Assembly (NCBI GenBank): GCA_049687495.1
Contig: JBAVJB010000068.1
Span: forward strand, 1-58,300
Reading direction: 5' to 3'
From: Salinimicrobium sp.
GTDB taxonomy: Bacteria > Bacteroidota > Bacteroidia > Flavobacteriales > Flavobacteriaceae
Length of the DNA: 58,300 bases
The notes beneath the pieces are model-generated. The model saw nothing but the letters and a program-made list of their open reading frames with translations. It was not told the DNA's origin and searched no databases. A program made the position numbers and the translations under genes. How positions within the stretch are numbered: the first letter of the stretch is position 1; each line of letters starts with the position of its first letter. This document shows positions 1-8,468 of the stretch, piece after piece.

Positions 1-82
1 ACTTATTTTTGAACCCGTCATCGAACATATTAATGCATTAGTAGCCAAAAATCATTAAGACTCACAAAACAAAAAAGACCTT

Positions 83-99
83 CAAAAATGCTATTTTTG
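83..99. repeat. 17-bp palindrome copy (1 mismatch)
   Basis: CAAAAATGCTATTTTTG followed by TAACCTCT; intergenic. Confidence 0.75.
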
Positions 100-146
100 T
101 AACCTCTTAAGTTTTGTACCTCTGCAATTACTGCTAAAAACAGAAT

Positions 147-401
147 ATGAACAAGAATAAAAAACCTCTTCACAAGCAGGATCTCAATTTTGTCTTTGAG
201 AAGAAGAACTATATCGTGATGGGAATCGGGCTGGCATTTATTGCCCTTGGCTTCATTCTTATGGCCGGCGGCGGCAGCGACGATCCGAATGTTTTTAACC
301 CGGAGATCTACAATTTTAGAAGAATTCGCTTAGCTCCGGCACTTGTGTTGCTGGGCTTCGGAATAGAAGTTTACGCCATCCTGCTTAACCCCCGAAAATA
401 A
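147..401 (+). CDS. DUF3098 family small membrane protein
   Basis: 84 aa, two hydrophobic segments, FxKKNY...GGGSDDPNVFNPEI pattern typical of the Bacteroidota protein upstream of uppP. Confidence 0.8.
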   Translation: MNKNKKPLHKQDLNFVFEKKNYIVMGIGLAFIALGFILMAGGGSDDPNVFNPEIYNFRRIRLAPALVLLGFGIEVYAILLNPRK

Positions 402-405
402 TTAA

Positions 406-1206
406 ATGGACATTATTGATGCTGTCTACCTCGGAATCGTCCAGGGGTTGACCGAATTTTTGCCGGTTTCTTCCTCCGGGCACCTGGAGATCGCAAAAGC
501 CCTGTTGGGCGAACAAAGCCTTCCGGAAGAATCCTTGATGATCACCGTTGTACTGCATTTTGCAACTGCGCTTAGCACAATCGTGGTCTTTAGAAAAGAT
601 ATTGCCGAGATCTTTAAAGGCCTTTTTCAGTTCAAATGGAATGGGGAAACAATCTTTTCCTTAAAAATTATTCTCTCCATGATCCCTGCTGCGCTGGTAG
701 GTGTCTTTTTTGAAGAGGAACTGGAATCGCTTTTTGGAGGCGCTTTGCTTTTTGTAGGTTTCATGCTGCTTATCACAGCGCTTCTCCTCTGGCTGGCTGA
801 TAAGGCTAAAAACACCGGAAAAGCCGTAAGCTACAAAGACAGTTTTGTAATCGGGGTTGCACAGGCCATTGCCATTTTACCCGGAATTTCCCGCAGTGGC
901 GCTACGATTTCAACTTCGGTACTTCTTGGAAATGATAAAACCAAAGCCGCTCGTTTTTCGTTCCTTATGGTCGTGCCTTTGATCTTCGGAAAGATCGCAA
1001 AAGACCTGTTAAGCGGGGATCTCGTGGGCACAACTGTAGAAACTATGCCCTTGCTGGCAGGCTTTTTAGCTGCCTTCATCGCAGGTATTGCAGCCTGCAC
1101 CTGGATGATCAATCTGGTGAGAAAAAGCAAGCTTACTTATTTCGCGATCTACTGTTTTATTGTTGGAATGATCGCCATCGTTTATGAAACCGCATTTGCT
1201 GCCTGA
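406..1206 (+). CDS. uppP: undecaprenyl-diphosphate phosphatase (BacA/UppP)
   Basis: GIVQGLTEFLPVSSSGHL and PGISRSGATI signature motifs; polytopic membrane protein. Confidence 0.97.
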   Translation: MDIIDAVYLGIVQGLTEFLPVSSSGHLEIAKALLGEQSLPEESLMITVVLHFATALSTIVVFRKDIAEIFKGLFQFKWNGETIFSLKIILSMIPAALVGVFFEEELESLFGGALLFVGFMLLITALLLWLADKAKNTGKAVSYKDSFVIGVAQAIAILPGISRSGATISTSVLLGNDKTKAARFSFLMVVPLIFGKIAKDLLSGDLVGTTVETMPLLAGFLAAFIAGIAACTWMINLVRKSKLTYFAIYCFIVGMIAIVYETAFAA

Positions 1207-1904
1207 TGACTGAAGAAGAATTTAAAGCCGGACAGATCCTTTTACTCGACAAACCACTGGAATGGACCTCCTTTCAGCTGGTAAATAAGCTGAGATGGCT
1301 TATTCGGAAGAATTTCAAGATCAAAAAGATCAAGGTTGGACATGCGGGAACTTTAGATCCGTTGGCAACCGGTTTGCTCATCATTTGTACCGGAAAGGCT
1401 ACAAAGAAGATCGAAGAGCTTCAGGGACAGGAAAAGGAATATACCGGCACTTTCACTCTTGGCGCAACCACGCCTTCCTACGATCTGGAGACCGAAATAG
1501 ATCAGACCTTCCCAACCGAACATCTTTCCGAAGAAAAAATAAGGGAAGCCACAAATGCCTTTTTAGGAGAGATAGATCAATATCCCCCGATTTATTCAGC
1601 ATTAAAGAAAGACGGGAAAAGACTGTACGAATATGCCCGCAGCGGCAAAGAGGTGGAAGTTTCGGCACGAAAAGTGCAGATTTCTGAATTCGAAATTACA
1701 GATATCTCGTTGCCAAAAGTTGCTTTTAGAGTGGTGTGCAGCAAAGGTACTTACATAAGGAGCCTGGCGCATGATTTTGGAAAACACCTGCAAACCGGCG
1801 CCCATCTTTCTGGGTTACGCCGCACGCGCATTGGCAACTATAGCGTAGAAAATGCTCATTCCATAGAATCTTTTGTAAATGAGTATCTTTCGAAGGAAGA
1901 ATGA
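1206..1904 (+). CDS. truB: tRNA pseudouridine(55) synthase
   Basis: KVGHAGTLDPLATG catalytic motif, CSKGTYIRSLA motif; short form without C-terminal PUA domain. Confidence 0.97.
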   Translation: MTEEEFKAGQILLLDKPLEWTSFQLVNKLRWLIRKNFKIKKIKVGHAGTLDPLATGLLIICTGKATKKIEELQGQEKEYTGTFTLGATTPSYDLETEIDQTFPTEHLSEEKIREATNAFLGEIDQYPPIYSALKKDGKRLYEYARSGKEVEVSARKVQISEFEITDISLPKVAFRVVCSKGTYIRSLAHDFGKHLQTGAHLSGLRRTRIGNYSVENAHSIESFVNEYLSKEE

Positions 1905-1913
1905 ATCAAAATT

Positions 1914-2633
1914 ATGGGGTTTTTTGACAGGCATAAGGCGCTTATCATTACTTCACTTCTTTTTTCGATCCTGATCCTGGCGATGTACAACATCAATGTT
2001 TCAAATTCGAACAAGAAAGTGAGGGAAACCCTTATTGAGCTGAATGACCTGAGACAGGAAGCTCAAAAACAGGAAGAGGAGCAACAAAAGCAGGAGCCCA
2101 AACCGGCTGCAAAACAGCCCCGGCTGCAGACTCACCAGGCCTTCAATGAGAATCGCGCCGAGAGTGAGACCAATGTAAAGTCACGGCTTGATGAGATCTT
2201 CGAGAAGAATTCGGCTCAACAGAAAGCAGCTGAAGAAGAAAGTTCTAATCCTGCCAAAGGAGCCTATGATCTTTCTAATATGCCTGCTAAAAAATCCCAA
2301 AAAGCCTCAACAGGCAACAATACTTCCAAAGAAATTTCGAGCAAAGAAGGCTCTTACAGGAACAGCTCCATTTCCTTTTCGCTTGTGGGACGCCGGGCGA
2401 TCTTTATCCCCAACCCTGTTTACACCTGCGACACGGCCGGTAAGATCGTGGTGAACATCGAAGTGAATGCCCAGGGTGCCGTGACCGGTACTTCAATCAA
2501 TAGATCCAGCTCCACTTCCAGCAATGAATGTCTCATTGACCAGGCGCTGAAATATGCTGCAGAAGCCACTTTTTCAAACAAATCGGGAAGTGATTCACAA
2601 CCCGGGACCATAACCTATAATTTCCAAAGATGA
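1914..2633 (+). CDS. TonB C-terminal-like membrane-anchored protein (energy transducer TonB family)
   Basis: N-terminal TM helix, long low-complexity linker, C-terminal PVY..GKIVVNIEVNAQGAV...GTITYNF resembling TonB_C. Confidence 0.7.
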   Translation: MGFFDRHKALIITSLLFSILILAMYNINVSNSNKKVRETLIELNDLRQEAQKQEEEQQKQEPKPAAKQPRLQTHQAFNENRAESETNVKSRLDEIFEKNSAQQKAAEEESSNPAKGAYDLSNMPAKKSQKASTGNNTSKEISSKEGSYRNSSISFSLVGRRAIFIPNPVYTCDTAGKIVVNIEVNAQGAVTGTSINRSSSTSSNECLIDQALKYAAEATFSNKSGSDSQPGTITYNFQR

Positions 2634-3211
2634 TGACACAAAAGAATCGCTGTGGCTGGTGTGAAGGCGATGCCTCGTATGAAGCTTACCACGATGAGGA
2701 ATGGGGCGTGCCGCTATACAACGACGAAAAGCTGTTTGAATTTCTCATTTTAGAAACCTTCCAGGCAGGGTTAAGCTGGATCACGATCCTTCGGAAAAGG
2801 GAAAATTTCAGGCAGGCCTTTGACAGGTTCGATTACAGGAAAATGGCAAATTATTCCGAAGAAAAAGTACAGCAATTGCTGCAGGACAGCGGAATTATTC
2901 GGAATGAACAAAAGATTCGCGCCAGTGTAGCCAATGCCGAAGCTTTTATGCAAATTCAGGAGGAATTCGGTTCTTTCTCAAAATACATCTGGAGCTTTGT
3001 TGACCATAAACCGCTGCAAAACGAGCTGCAGAATTACAAAGAAGCACCTGCAAAGACCAATCTAAGCATAAACATCAGCAAAGATCTTAAGAAGCGCGGT
3101 TTCAAATTTGTGGGGCCTACCGTGGTTTACGCCCACATGCAGGCGACCGGAATGGTCAATGACCATGAGCTCAGCTGCTTTAGACATCCCGAAGTAAAAG
3201 AATTAGCGTAA
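2630..3211 (+). CDS. tag: DNA-3-methyladenine glycosylase I
   Basis: RCGW, YHDEEWG, LETFQAGLSW, FKFVGPT, GMVNDH motifs. Confidence 0.96.
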   Translation: MMTQKNRCGWCEGDASYEAYHDEEWGVPLYNDEKLFEFLILETFQAGLSWITILRKRENFRQAFDRFDYRKMANYSEEKVQQLLQDSGIIRNEQKIRASVANAEAFMQIQEEFGSFSKYIWSFVDHKPLQNELQNYKEAPAKTNLSINISKDLKKRGFKFVGPTVVYAHMQATGMVNDHELSCFRHPEVKELA

Positions 3212-3223
3212 AATAAGAGGTGC

Positions 3224-3240
3224 CAAAAATGACATTTTTG
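3224..3240. repeat. 17-bp palindrome copy (perfect)
   Basis: AGAGGTGC-CAAAAATGACATTTTTG; between convergent tag and aat. Confidence 0.9.
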
Positions 3241-3248
3241 ACAGGTCT

Positions 3249-3896
3249 TTAGCCGGAGCTATTCAGGTATTTCAAAAACTCTTCCCGCGGAATTTCTTCG
3301 GCACCCAAACTGGCCAGGTGGTCTGTATAGATCTGGCAATCGATGAGCCGCACCCTGCGTTCCTTCAGTTTTTCAACCATTTTTATGAACCCGTACTTGG
3401 AGGCATTGCTTACTTTGGTGAACATGCTCTCTCCGCAGAAGACGTTCTGCTCTTTTAGGAAAATTCCGTAGATGCCGCCTACCAATTGGCCTTCCTGCCA
3501 CACCTCGACAGATTCTGCCCAGCTCAGCTCGTGCAGCTTAGAATAAGCCTCCTGCATTTCCCGTGTGATCCATGTGCCCTCCTGGCCTTCACGTTTGGCC
3601 GCAGCACAGTTCGCGATCACTTCCTCAAAAGCCTTATTGAAGGTCACCTCAAAAACCTCTTTTTTGAGCAGTTGTTTCATGCTCTTAGAGATCTTGAGTT
3701 TTCCAGGAAAAAGCACCATCCGCGGATCGGGACTCCACCACAAGATAGGCTGGGAGCTGTCATACCACGGGAAAATTCCGTGAGTATAAGCCTGGATGAG
3801 CCTTTCGGGAGAAAGATCTCCTCCAAAAGCGAGCAGCCCCAGAGCATTTGCGGATTCCACAGGTGGAAAATCGTCATTTTCGGTAAGGAACTTCAA
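3249..3896 (-). CDS. aat: leucyl/phenylalanyl-tRNA--protein transferase
   Basis: GGDLSPERLIQAY.GIFPW, WWSPDPR, FCGESMF motifs. Confidence 0.96.
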   Translation of the reverse strand: MKFLTENDDFPPVESANALGLLAFGGDLSPERLIQAYTHGIFPWYDSSQPILWWSPDPRMVLFPGKLKISKSMKQLLKKEVFEVTFNKAFEEVIANCAAAKREGQEGTWITREMQEAYSKLHELSWAESVEVWQEGQLVGGIYGIFLKEQNVFCGESMFTKVSNASKYGFIKMVEKLKERRVRLIDCQIYTDHLASLGAEEIPREEFLKYLNSSG

Positions 3897-3921
3897 ACTG
3901 TCTTGTTTTGCTTCTGAAAAT

Positions 3922-3952
3922 AAAAAAAGCCCGGCACTTTTAAATGCCGGGC
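3922..3952 (-). terminator. intrinsic terminator after the DUF3127 gene
   Basis: GCCCGGCA/TGCCGGGC stem plus T7 on the minus strand. Confidence 0.8.
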
Positions 3953-3975
3953 CGAAGAAATATCATTTTAACCGA

Positions 3976-4347
3976 TTAGAACGGAAGATCGTCAAAATCT
4001 TCGTCGTTCATATCGTTTGCAGGCTCAAACTGGTCTGCAGGTGGCACAGCCGCGCCAGAAGGCTGTTGTGCAGCAAGATTCTCGATTCTCCATCCCTGTA
4101 TAGAGTTGAAGTATTTTGTCTCTCCCTGTGGGTTCACCCACTCTCTTCCGCGAAGGTTGATCCCTATCTTTACAGGCTGTCCCACGGCATAGTTGTTCAA
4201 AAGGTCACATTTATCCTGCACAAATTCCACGAGAATGTGCTGCGGATATTGCTCCTCTGTCGTCACCACCACCTCACGCTTTTGAAAACCATTGTTTCCG
4301 AAAGTTTTGGTTTGGCCTATCATTTTAATTTTCCCTTGTACTTCCAT
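3976..4347 (-). CDS. DUF3127 domain protein (putative OB fold with SSB-like acidic tail)
   Basis: MEVQGKIK...EQYPQ...NLRGREW...YFNSIQGWRIE pattern; ends DDLPF. Confidence 0.85.
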   Translation of the reverse strand: MEVQGKIKMIGQTKTFGNNGFQKREVVVTTEEQYPQHILVEFVQDKCDLLNNYAVGQPVKIGINLRGREWVNPQGETKYFNSIQGWRIENLAAQQPSGAAVPPADQFEPANDMNDEDFDDLPF

Positions 4348-4348
4348 A

Positions 4349-5218
4349 TCACATTTTTTTTGCTAATAATATTTTCCAGGCTTCTGCCGGTTCGTCTTTT
4401 TCCAATAATTTTTTGGCCCTTTCATGCAGCTGCTCTTCCTTTTCTTCGGAAAGCTGCTCCTCATGATTGTCCAAATATTCCTTCACTTCTTCTGCTGAAG
4501 GTAAGCGCTCCACATTACCCAGTTTCCCCAGGTCATTTCCCGTAAGCACCTTTGAATTCCTGATCTCTTCAGAAATTGAATCTACACCTATTCCCAACGT
4601 CTGCAGCGGTTTTGGCACCTCGAACATGCCGGGAGTGGCACGGGTATACCAGTTGCCGCCCATGCGTGCAACCAGGTCTATTTTATGCTGATCAATATAG
4701 CCTTTTTCGTCTAAAATATCCTCGCGAATATGCATTTTTAGCACCTCACAGATCACCAGGTTTCCGGCACCGCCTTCAGTCCCTGTTTCTACAACTTCGT
4801 TGATCCTGCACTCGAACTGAACCGGGGATTCGGCTACCCTGAAAGGTTTTACAAGATCAGACTTCAGCATGGTCAAACCTGCTTTTTCAAACTCGTTGAC
4901 CCCTTCGTCATACTCGGTGCTGGAAAGCGAAACCTGCTGCACGATGTCATAGTTCACAACATTGATCACTACCTCTCCTGTCGCCTTGGCGTTATTGTAA
5001 GTGTGCTTTACCGTATTGTCCCTTCCCCGGCGGGCGGGAGAAAAGATGAGAATTGGAGGATTTGCTCCAAAAACATTAAAAAAGCTAAACGGACTCAAAT
5101 TTGGCCTGCCCTCTGCATCAATGGTACTGGCAAAGGCAATAGGCCTTGGCCCTACCGCACCCAGCAAATACTGGTGCAACTTTGGAACAGGTGTTTCTTT
5201 TGGATCTATGCTGAGCAT
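4349..5218 (-). CDS. flavin reductase family (FMN-binding split barrel) protein
   Basis: PRPIAFASTID..NLSPFSFFN motif; start moved to ATG 5218 because TACCTTTG promoter lies at 5232-5239. Confidence 0.88.
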   Translation of the reverse strand: MLSIDPKETPVPKLHQYLLGAVGPRPIAFASTIDAEGRPNLSPFSFFNVFGANPPILIFSPARRGRDNTVKHTYNNAKATGEVVINVVNYDIVQQVSLSSTEYDEGVNEFEKAGLTMLKSDLVKPFRVAESPVQFECRINEVVETGTEGGAGNLVICEVLKMHIREDILDEKGYIDQHKIDLVARMGGNWYTRATPGMFEVPKPLQTLGIGVDSISEEIRNSKVLTGNDLGKLGNVERLPSAEEVKEYLDNHEEQLSEEKEEQLHERAKKLLEKDEPAEAWKILLAKKM

Positions 5219-5329
5219 GCGAAATTTTTGACAAAGGTAATGAAACCCGTGCGTGAATGAAAAACCGCCGCTCACAATATTAGTTTCCTGAAAACGCTTA
5301 TATTTAAACGCAACAAAAGCAATGCCTTC

Positions 5330-6493
5330 ATGAGGTTTTCAGACAAACGGAACTTTCGCCGCTGGCTCATCATCATCACCTCTCTCTTTATTGTCACCCT
5401 CATCGTTTGGAACGCCGTTTCTTTTTTCCAGAGGATCAAAGAGGAAGAAAGGCGAAAAATGAACATCTGGGCCTCGGCCCAGGTTTACCTCGACCAGGTG
5501 GACACAGATACCGGGCTGGACCTCTACCTTGCCATCGTCAACAGCAATTCCAGCATTCCCACCATTCTTGTAGATGAGAACGGCAAAATTGTTGACGCCT
5601 TGAATATCCCAAAGGAGTTAAAGAACAATGAGGAAGCGCTGCAGGATTTCCTGCAGGAGCTAAAGAGCGATAATGAACCTATTGAAATGGACCTGGGAGA
5701 AGGACGCGTCAACCAGGTTTACTACGGAAATTCGCCCATGCTCAATAAGCTGAAGTATTATCCGCTGGCGCTCATTTTGATCATCATCCTGTTTATTGGG
5801 ATGATCTACTTCTTTTACACCACCACGAGATCCAGTGAGCAGAACAAGCTTTGGGCGGGAATGGCCAAGGAAACCGCGCACCAGATAGGTACGCCGCTTT
5901 CTTCCTTAATTGGTTGGACAGAAATTTTGAAGGAGGAGCACGTAAATCCTCTTTACATCAAGGAGATCGAAAAAGATGTGGATCGCCTGCAAACGATTAC
6001 CGAACGTTTCTCGAAAATAGGATCGGCGCCCACGCTTTTGCCCGTGGATATTGTTGATAAAACCAAAGATTCTTTTGAATACCTAAAGGCGCGCAGCTCA
6101 AAACTCATCGATTTCAAGCTCAATCTGCCAGACGACAGAATTCTGGTGAACCTCAACGCGCAGCTTTACAGCTGGACCATTGAGAACCTGGTGAGAAATG
6201 CCATTGACGCCATGAAAGGAAAGGGAGAGCTGGAAATAAGCCTAAAACAGGACTCAAAGCACGTGCACATCTACATAAGAGATACCGGAAAAGGCATTTC
6301 AAAAAGCAAGTATAAGCAAATCTTTGAACCCGGCTTTACCACCAAACAACGCGGATGGGGCCTCGGGCTTTCACTGGCCAAACGTATTATCGAAAAATAT
6401 CACCGCGGAAGGATCAAGGTGCTCAAGAGCGAGATCAACAAAGGTACCACCTTCGAGATCCTGCTGCACAAAGCTAAAATTGCTGCATCCTAA
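5330..6493 (+). CDS. membrane sensor histidine kinase (no adjacent response regulator)
   Basis: two TM segments, H-box AHQIGTPLSSL, N-box ENLVRNAIDA, G boxes DTGKGI and GWGLGL. Confidence 0.93.
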   Translation: MRFSDKRNFRRWLIIITSLFIVTLIVWNAVSFFQRIKEEERRKMNIWASAQVYLDQVDTDTGLDLYLAIVNSNSSIPTILVDENGKIVDALNIPKELKNNEEALQDFLQELKSDNEPIEMDLGEGRVNQVYYGNSPMLNKLKYYPLALILIIILFIGMIYFFYTTTRSSEQNKLWAGMAKETAHQIGTPLSSLIGWTEILKEEHVNPLYIKEIEKDVDRLQTITERFSKIGSAPTLLPVDIVDKTKDSFEYLKARSSKLIDFKLNLPDDRILVNLNAQLYSWTIENLVRNAIDAMKGKGELEISLKQDSKHVHIYIRDTGKGISKSKYKQIFEPGFTTKQRGWGLGLSLAKRIIEKYHRGRIKVLKSEINKGTTFEILLHKAKIAAS

Positions 6494-6884
6494 GCTTCAG
6501 ATCTTTCGGGATAGGCAGGGACTCTTCATGTGAAAAATCATAAAAAACGGCAATGTCCTGCCCCTGGGCACAAATCTCTCCGTCTTCATCAATGATCACC
6601 TGGTCAAGCGCAAAACTGCTGGTCTTAATGTAAGCCAGCTTGGTCTTGACTATGGCAGTTCCCGGGTAGAACAACGGCTTCTTAAAATCGCAGTGTGTCG
6701 ATACCAGGATAGCGCCTTTTTTTGCTTCGGAATAAAGCGTAGACAGGCCTGTAGCCTCCCAAAAATTCACCCTTCCCGATTGTAAGAACCTGATAAAAGT
6801 GAGGTTGTTCACGTGCTTATACACGTCAAGATCGCTAAAGTCTATGCGCAGCTCCAGCGACAGTTTATAGTCGTCAAGGTTCAT
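6474..6884 (-). CDS. acyl-CoA thioesterase (4HBT/YbgC-like hotdog fold)
   Basis: DLDVYKHVNN motif. Confidence 0.88.
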   Translation of the reverse strand: MNLDDYKLSLELRIDFSDLDVYKHVNNLTFIRFLQSGRVNFWEATGLSTLYSEAKKGAILVSTHCDFKKPLFYPGTAIVKTKLAYIKTSSFALDQVIIDEDGEICAQGQDIAVFYDFSHEESLPIPKDLKLRMQQF

Positions 6885-7273
6885 TATATGTGAGATTTGA
6901 TATCGTTGGCGATCTTTTCAAATTCGGCTTCAGAGAAGGACTGGCTTTGTGCGAAATTCATATCGCCCATAGAATTTAGCGGAATAAGATGTACGTGCAC
7001 GTGTGGCACTTCCAGTCCTACAACGGCCATTCCTACTCTCTTGCAGGAAATGACCTTTTCGATGCCCCTGGCGACTTTTCGGGAAAAAGACATGAGCCCC
7101 ATGTAGGTCTCCTCGTCAAGGTCAAAGACCTTGTTGACCTCCTTTTTTGGAATACACAAGGTGTGGCCCTTTGTGTTGGGCCTGATATCTAAAAAGGCGA
7201 GAAAACTGTCATTTTCGGCGACTTTATATGCGGGGACTTCCCCATTGATGATCTTCGTAAAAAGCGTTGACAT
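6884..7273 (-). CDS. HIT family nucleotide hydrolase
   Basis: FTKIINGEVPAY, AFLDIRP, HVHVH histidine triad. Confidence 0.95.
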   Translation of the reverse strand: MSTLFTKIINGEVPAYKVAENDSFLAFLDIRPNTKGHTLCIPKKEVNKVFDLDEETYMGLMSFSRKVARGIEKVISCKRVGMAVVGLEVPHVHVHLIPLNSMGDMNFAQSQSFSEAEFEKIANDIKSHI

Positions 7274-7338
7274 AACTTCAGGTTTATTGTTGACACAATT
7301 TAGACAATTTCCTTTAACAGCTCAAGACCTGCTAAAAC

Positions 7339-7364
7339 AAAAAAATCCTTTCCGAAGAAAGGAT
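7339..7364 (-). terminator. intrinsic terminator of greA
   Basis: ATCCTTTC-TTCG-GAAAGGAT plus T run (cUUCGg loop) on the minus strand. Confidence 0.85.
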
Positions 7365-7390
7365 CTTAAAATTTCGCTTTTTTGAAGACT

Positions 7391-7867
7391 TTAGTCGCGG
7401 GTGATCTCCAGGATCTCGAACTTAAGGTTGCCGCTTGGCACCTGCACTTCGGCTACTTCTCCCACTTTCTTTCCTAAAAGGCCTTTTCCAATAGGGCTGT
7501 CAACAGAGATCTTTCCGGTTTTAAGATCGGCTTCACTTTGTGCGACCAGCTTATATTTCATCTCGGCACTATTAGTAAGATTCTTGATCTTTACTGTAGA
7601 ATGCACCAAAGCTTTGGACATATCCAGCTGAGATTCGTCTATTAATCTCGCATTGGAATAGATCTCCTCAAGTTTGGCGATCTTCATTTCAAGAAGGCCC
7701 TGCGCCTCTTTGGCAGCGTCATACTCGGCATTCTCACTAAGGTCACCTTTATCCCTGGCTTCAGCAATAGCCTGCGAAGCACGTGGACGTTCCACATCTT
7801 TTAACTGGTTGAGCTCGTCCTTCAGTTTCTTAAGTCCGTCTGCGGTATAATACGATACTTTACTCAT
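7391..7867 (-). CDS. greA: transcription elongation factor GreA
   Basis: GDLSENAEYDAAK and ISVDSPIGKGLLGK motifs; start set at MSKVSYY (ATG 7867). Confidence 0.97.
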   Translation of the reverse strand: MSKVSYYTADGLKKLKDELNQLKDVERPRASQAIAEARDKGDLSENAEYDAAKEAQGLLEMKIAKLEEIYSNARLIDESQLDMSKALVHSTVKIKNLTNSAEMKYKLVAQSEADLKTGKISVDSPIGKGLLGKKVGEVAEVQVPSGNLKFEILEITRD

Positions 7868-7890
7868 ATCTTCATCGTTTATATAAATAG

Positions 7891-7929
7891 AAAAAATCCC
7901 ATTCGCCGACGGGATTTTAAACAAATATA
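7891..7929 (-). promoter_or_regulatory. greA promoter followed by a leader terminator-like hairpin
   Basis: TATATTTG (7922-7929), then AAAATCCCG-TCGGCGAA-TGGGATTTTTT before the ATG. Confidence 0.6.
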
Positions 7930-7982
7930 AGAAATTAAAATATGCAGTACAATTTAATGCTGTAGCTTTGGAAAAACCTTTT

Positions 7983-8411
7983 ATGAGACGCCTTTTTGCC
8001 CTTATAATGCTGAATTTCTTGCTTTTTGGCTGTTCTGCCGATGAAGAGCTGAGAAATAATCCTTACCTGCCCGACCTGAATTTCAGCTTTAGGCTCGACC
8101 TCAACCTGCCGGAATATAATAACCTTCGCTATCCCGGAAATGCCTATTTCACCAGGAACTATGGCATCAACGGAGTTGTGATCTACAACCTCAACAATGA
8201 CCAGTATATGGCCTTTGAGCTTACAGATCCCAATCATATCCCCCAAACCTGCTCCTTCCTGGAAGTAAAAGGCACCGAGGCCACCTGCGGCTGCGATGAC
8301 GGCAATGTCTACACCATTATAACCGGCCAGCTGCTAAGAGGCGAAGGCCAGTACAGCCTGAAACCTTACAGGGTGACCAGGGTGGGAAATGTACTGGAGG
8401 TCTCAAACTAA
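7983..8411 (+). CDS. lipoprotein with degenerate Rieske-like domain
   Basis: lipobox-like LFGC; AFELTDPNH...ATCGCDDG..Y...G...LKPY pattern follows Rieske topology; TAGCTTTG promoter at 7963-7970 supports ATG 7983. Confidence 0.7.
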   Translation: MRRLFALIMLNFLLFGCSADEELRNNPYLPDLNFSFRLDLNLPEYNNLRYPGNAYFTRNYGINGVVIYNLNNDQYMAFELTDPNHIPQTCSFLEVKGTEATCGCDDGNVYTIITGQLLRGEGQYSLKPYRVTRVGNVLEVSN

Positions 8412-8444
8412 AGAGGTCCCAAAAATGACATTTTTGGAACCTCT
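8412..8444. repeat. 17-bp palindrome copy (perfect) extended to 33 bp
   Basis: AGAGGTCC-CAAAAATGACATTTTTG-GAACCTCT; between convergent genes. Confidence 0.92.
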
Positions 8445-8468
8445 CAAAAATCCAACTATAAGATCTTT

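Noticed and set aside
1..58. Open frame from the window edge (LIFEPVIEHINALVAKNH-stop at 58)
   Set aside because: Probably the 3' end of an upstream gene, but too short to identify.
3796..4545. 249-aa plus-strand ORF
   Set aside because: Antisense shadow of aat, DUF3127 and the flavin reductase gene; crosses a terminator; no recognisable motifs.
5219..5275. N-terminal extensions in the ORF track (flavin reductase; also greA 7868-7924, rplU 23629-23664, recX 35692-35715, atpC 52062-52085)
   Set aside because: They run through promoter, leader or repeat DNA, and downstream ATGs match the family N-termini.
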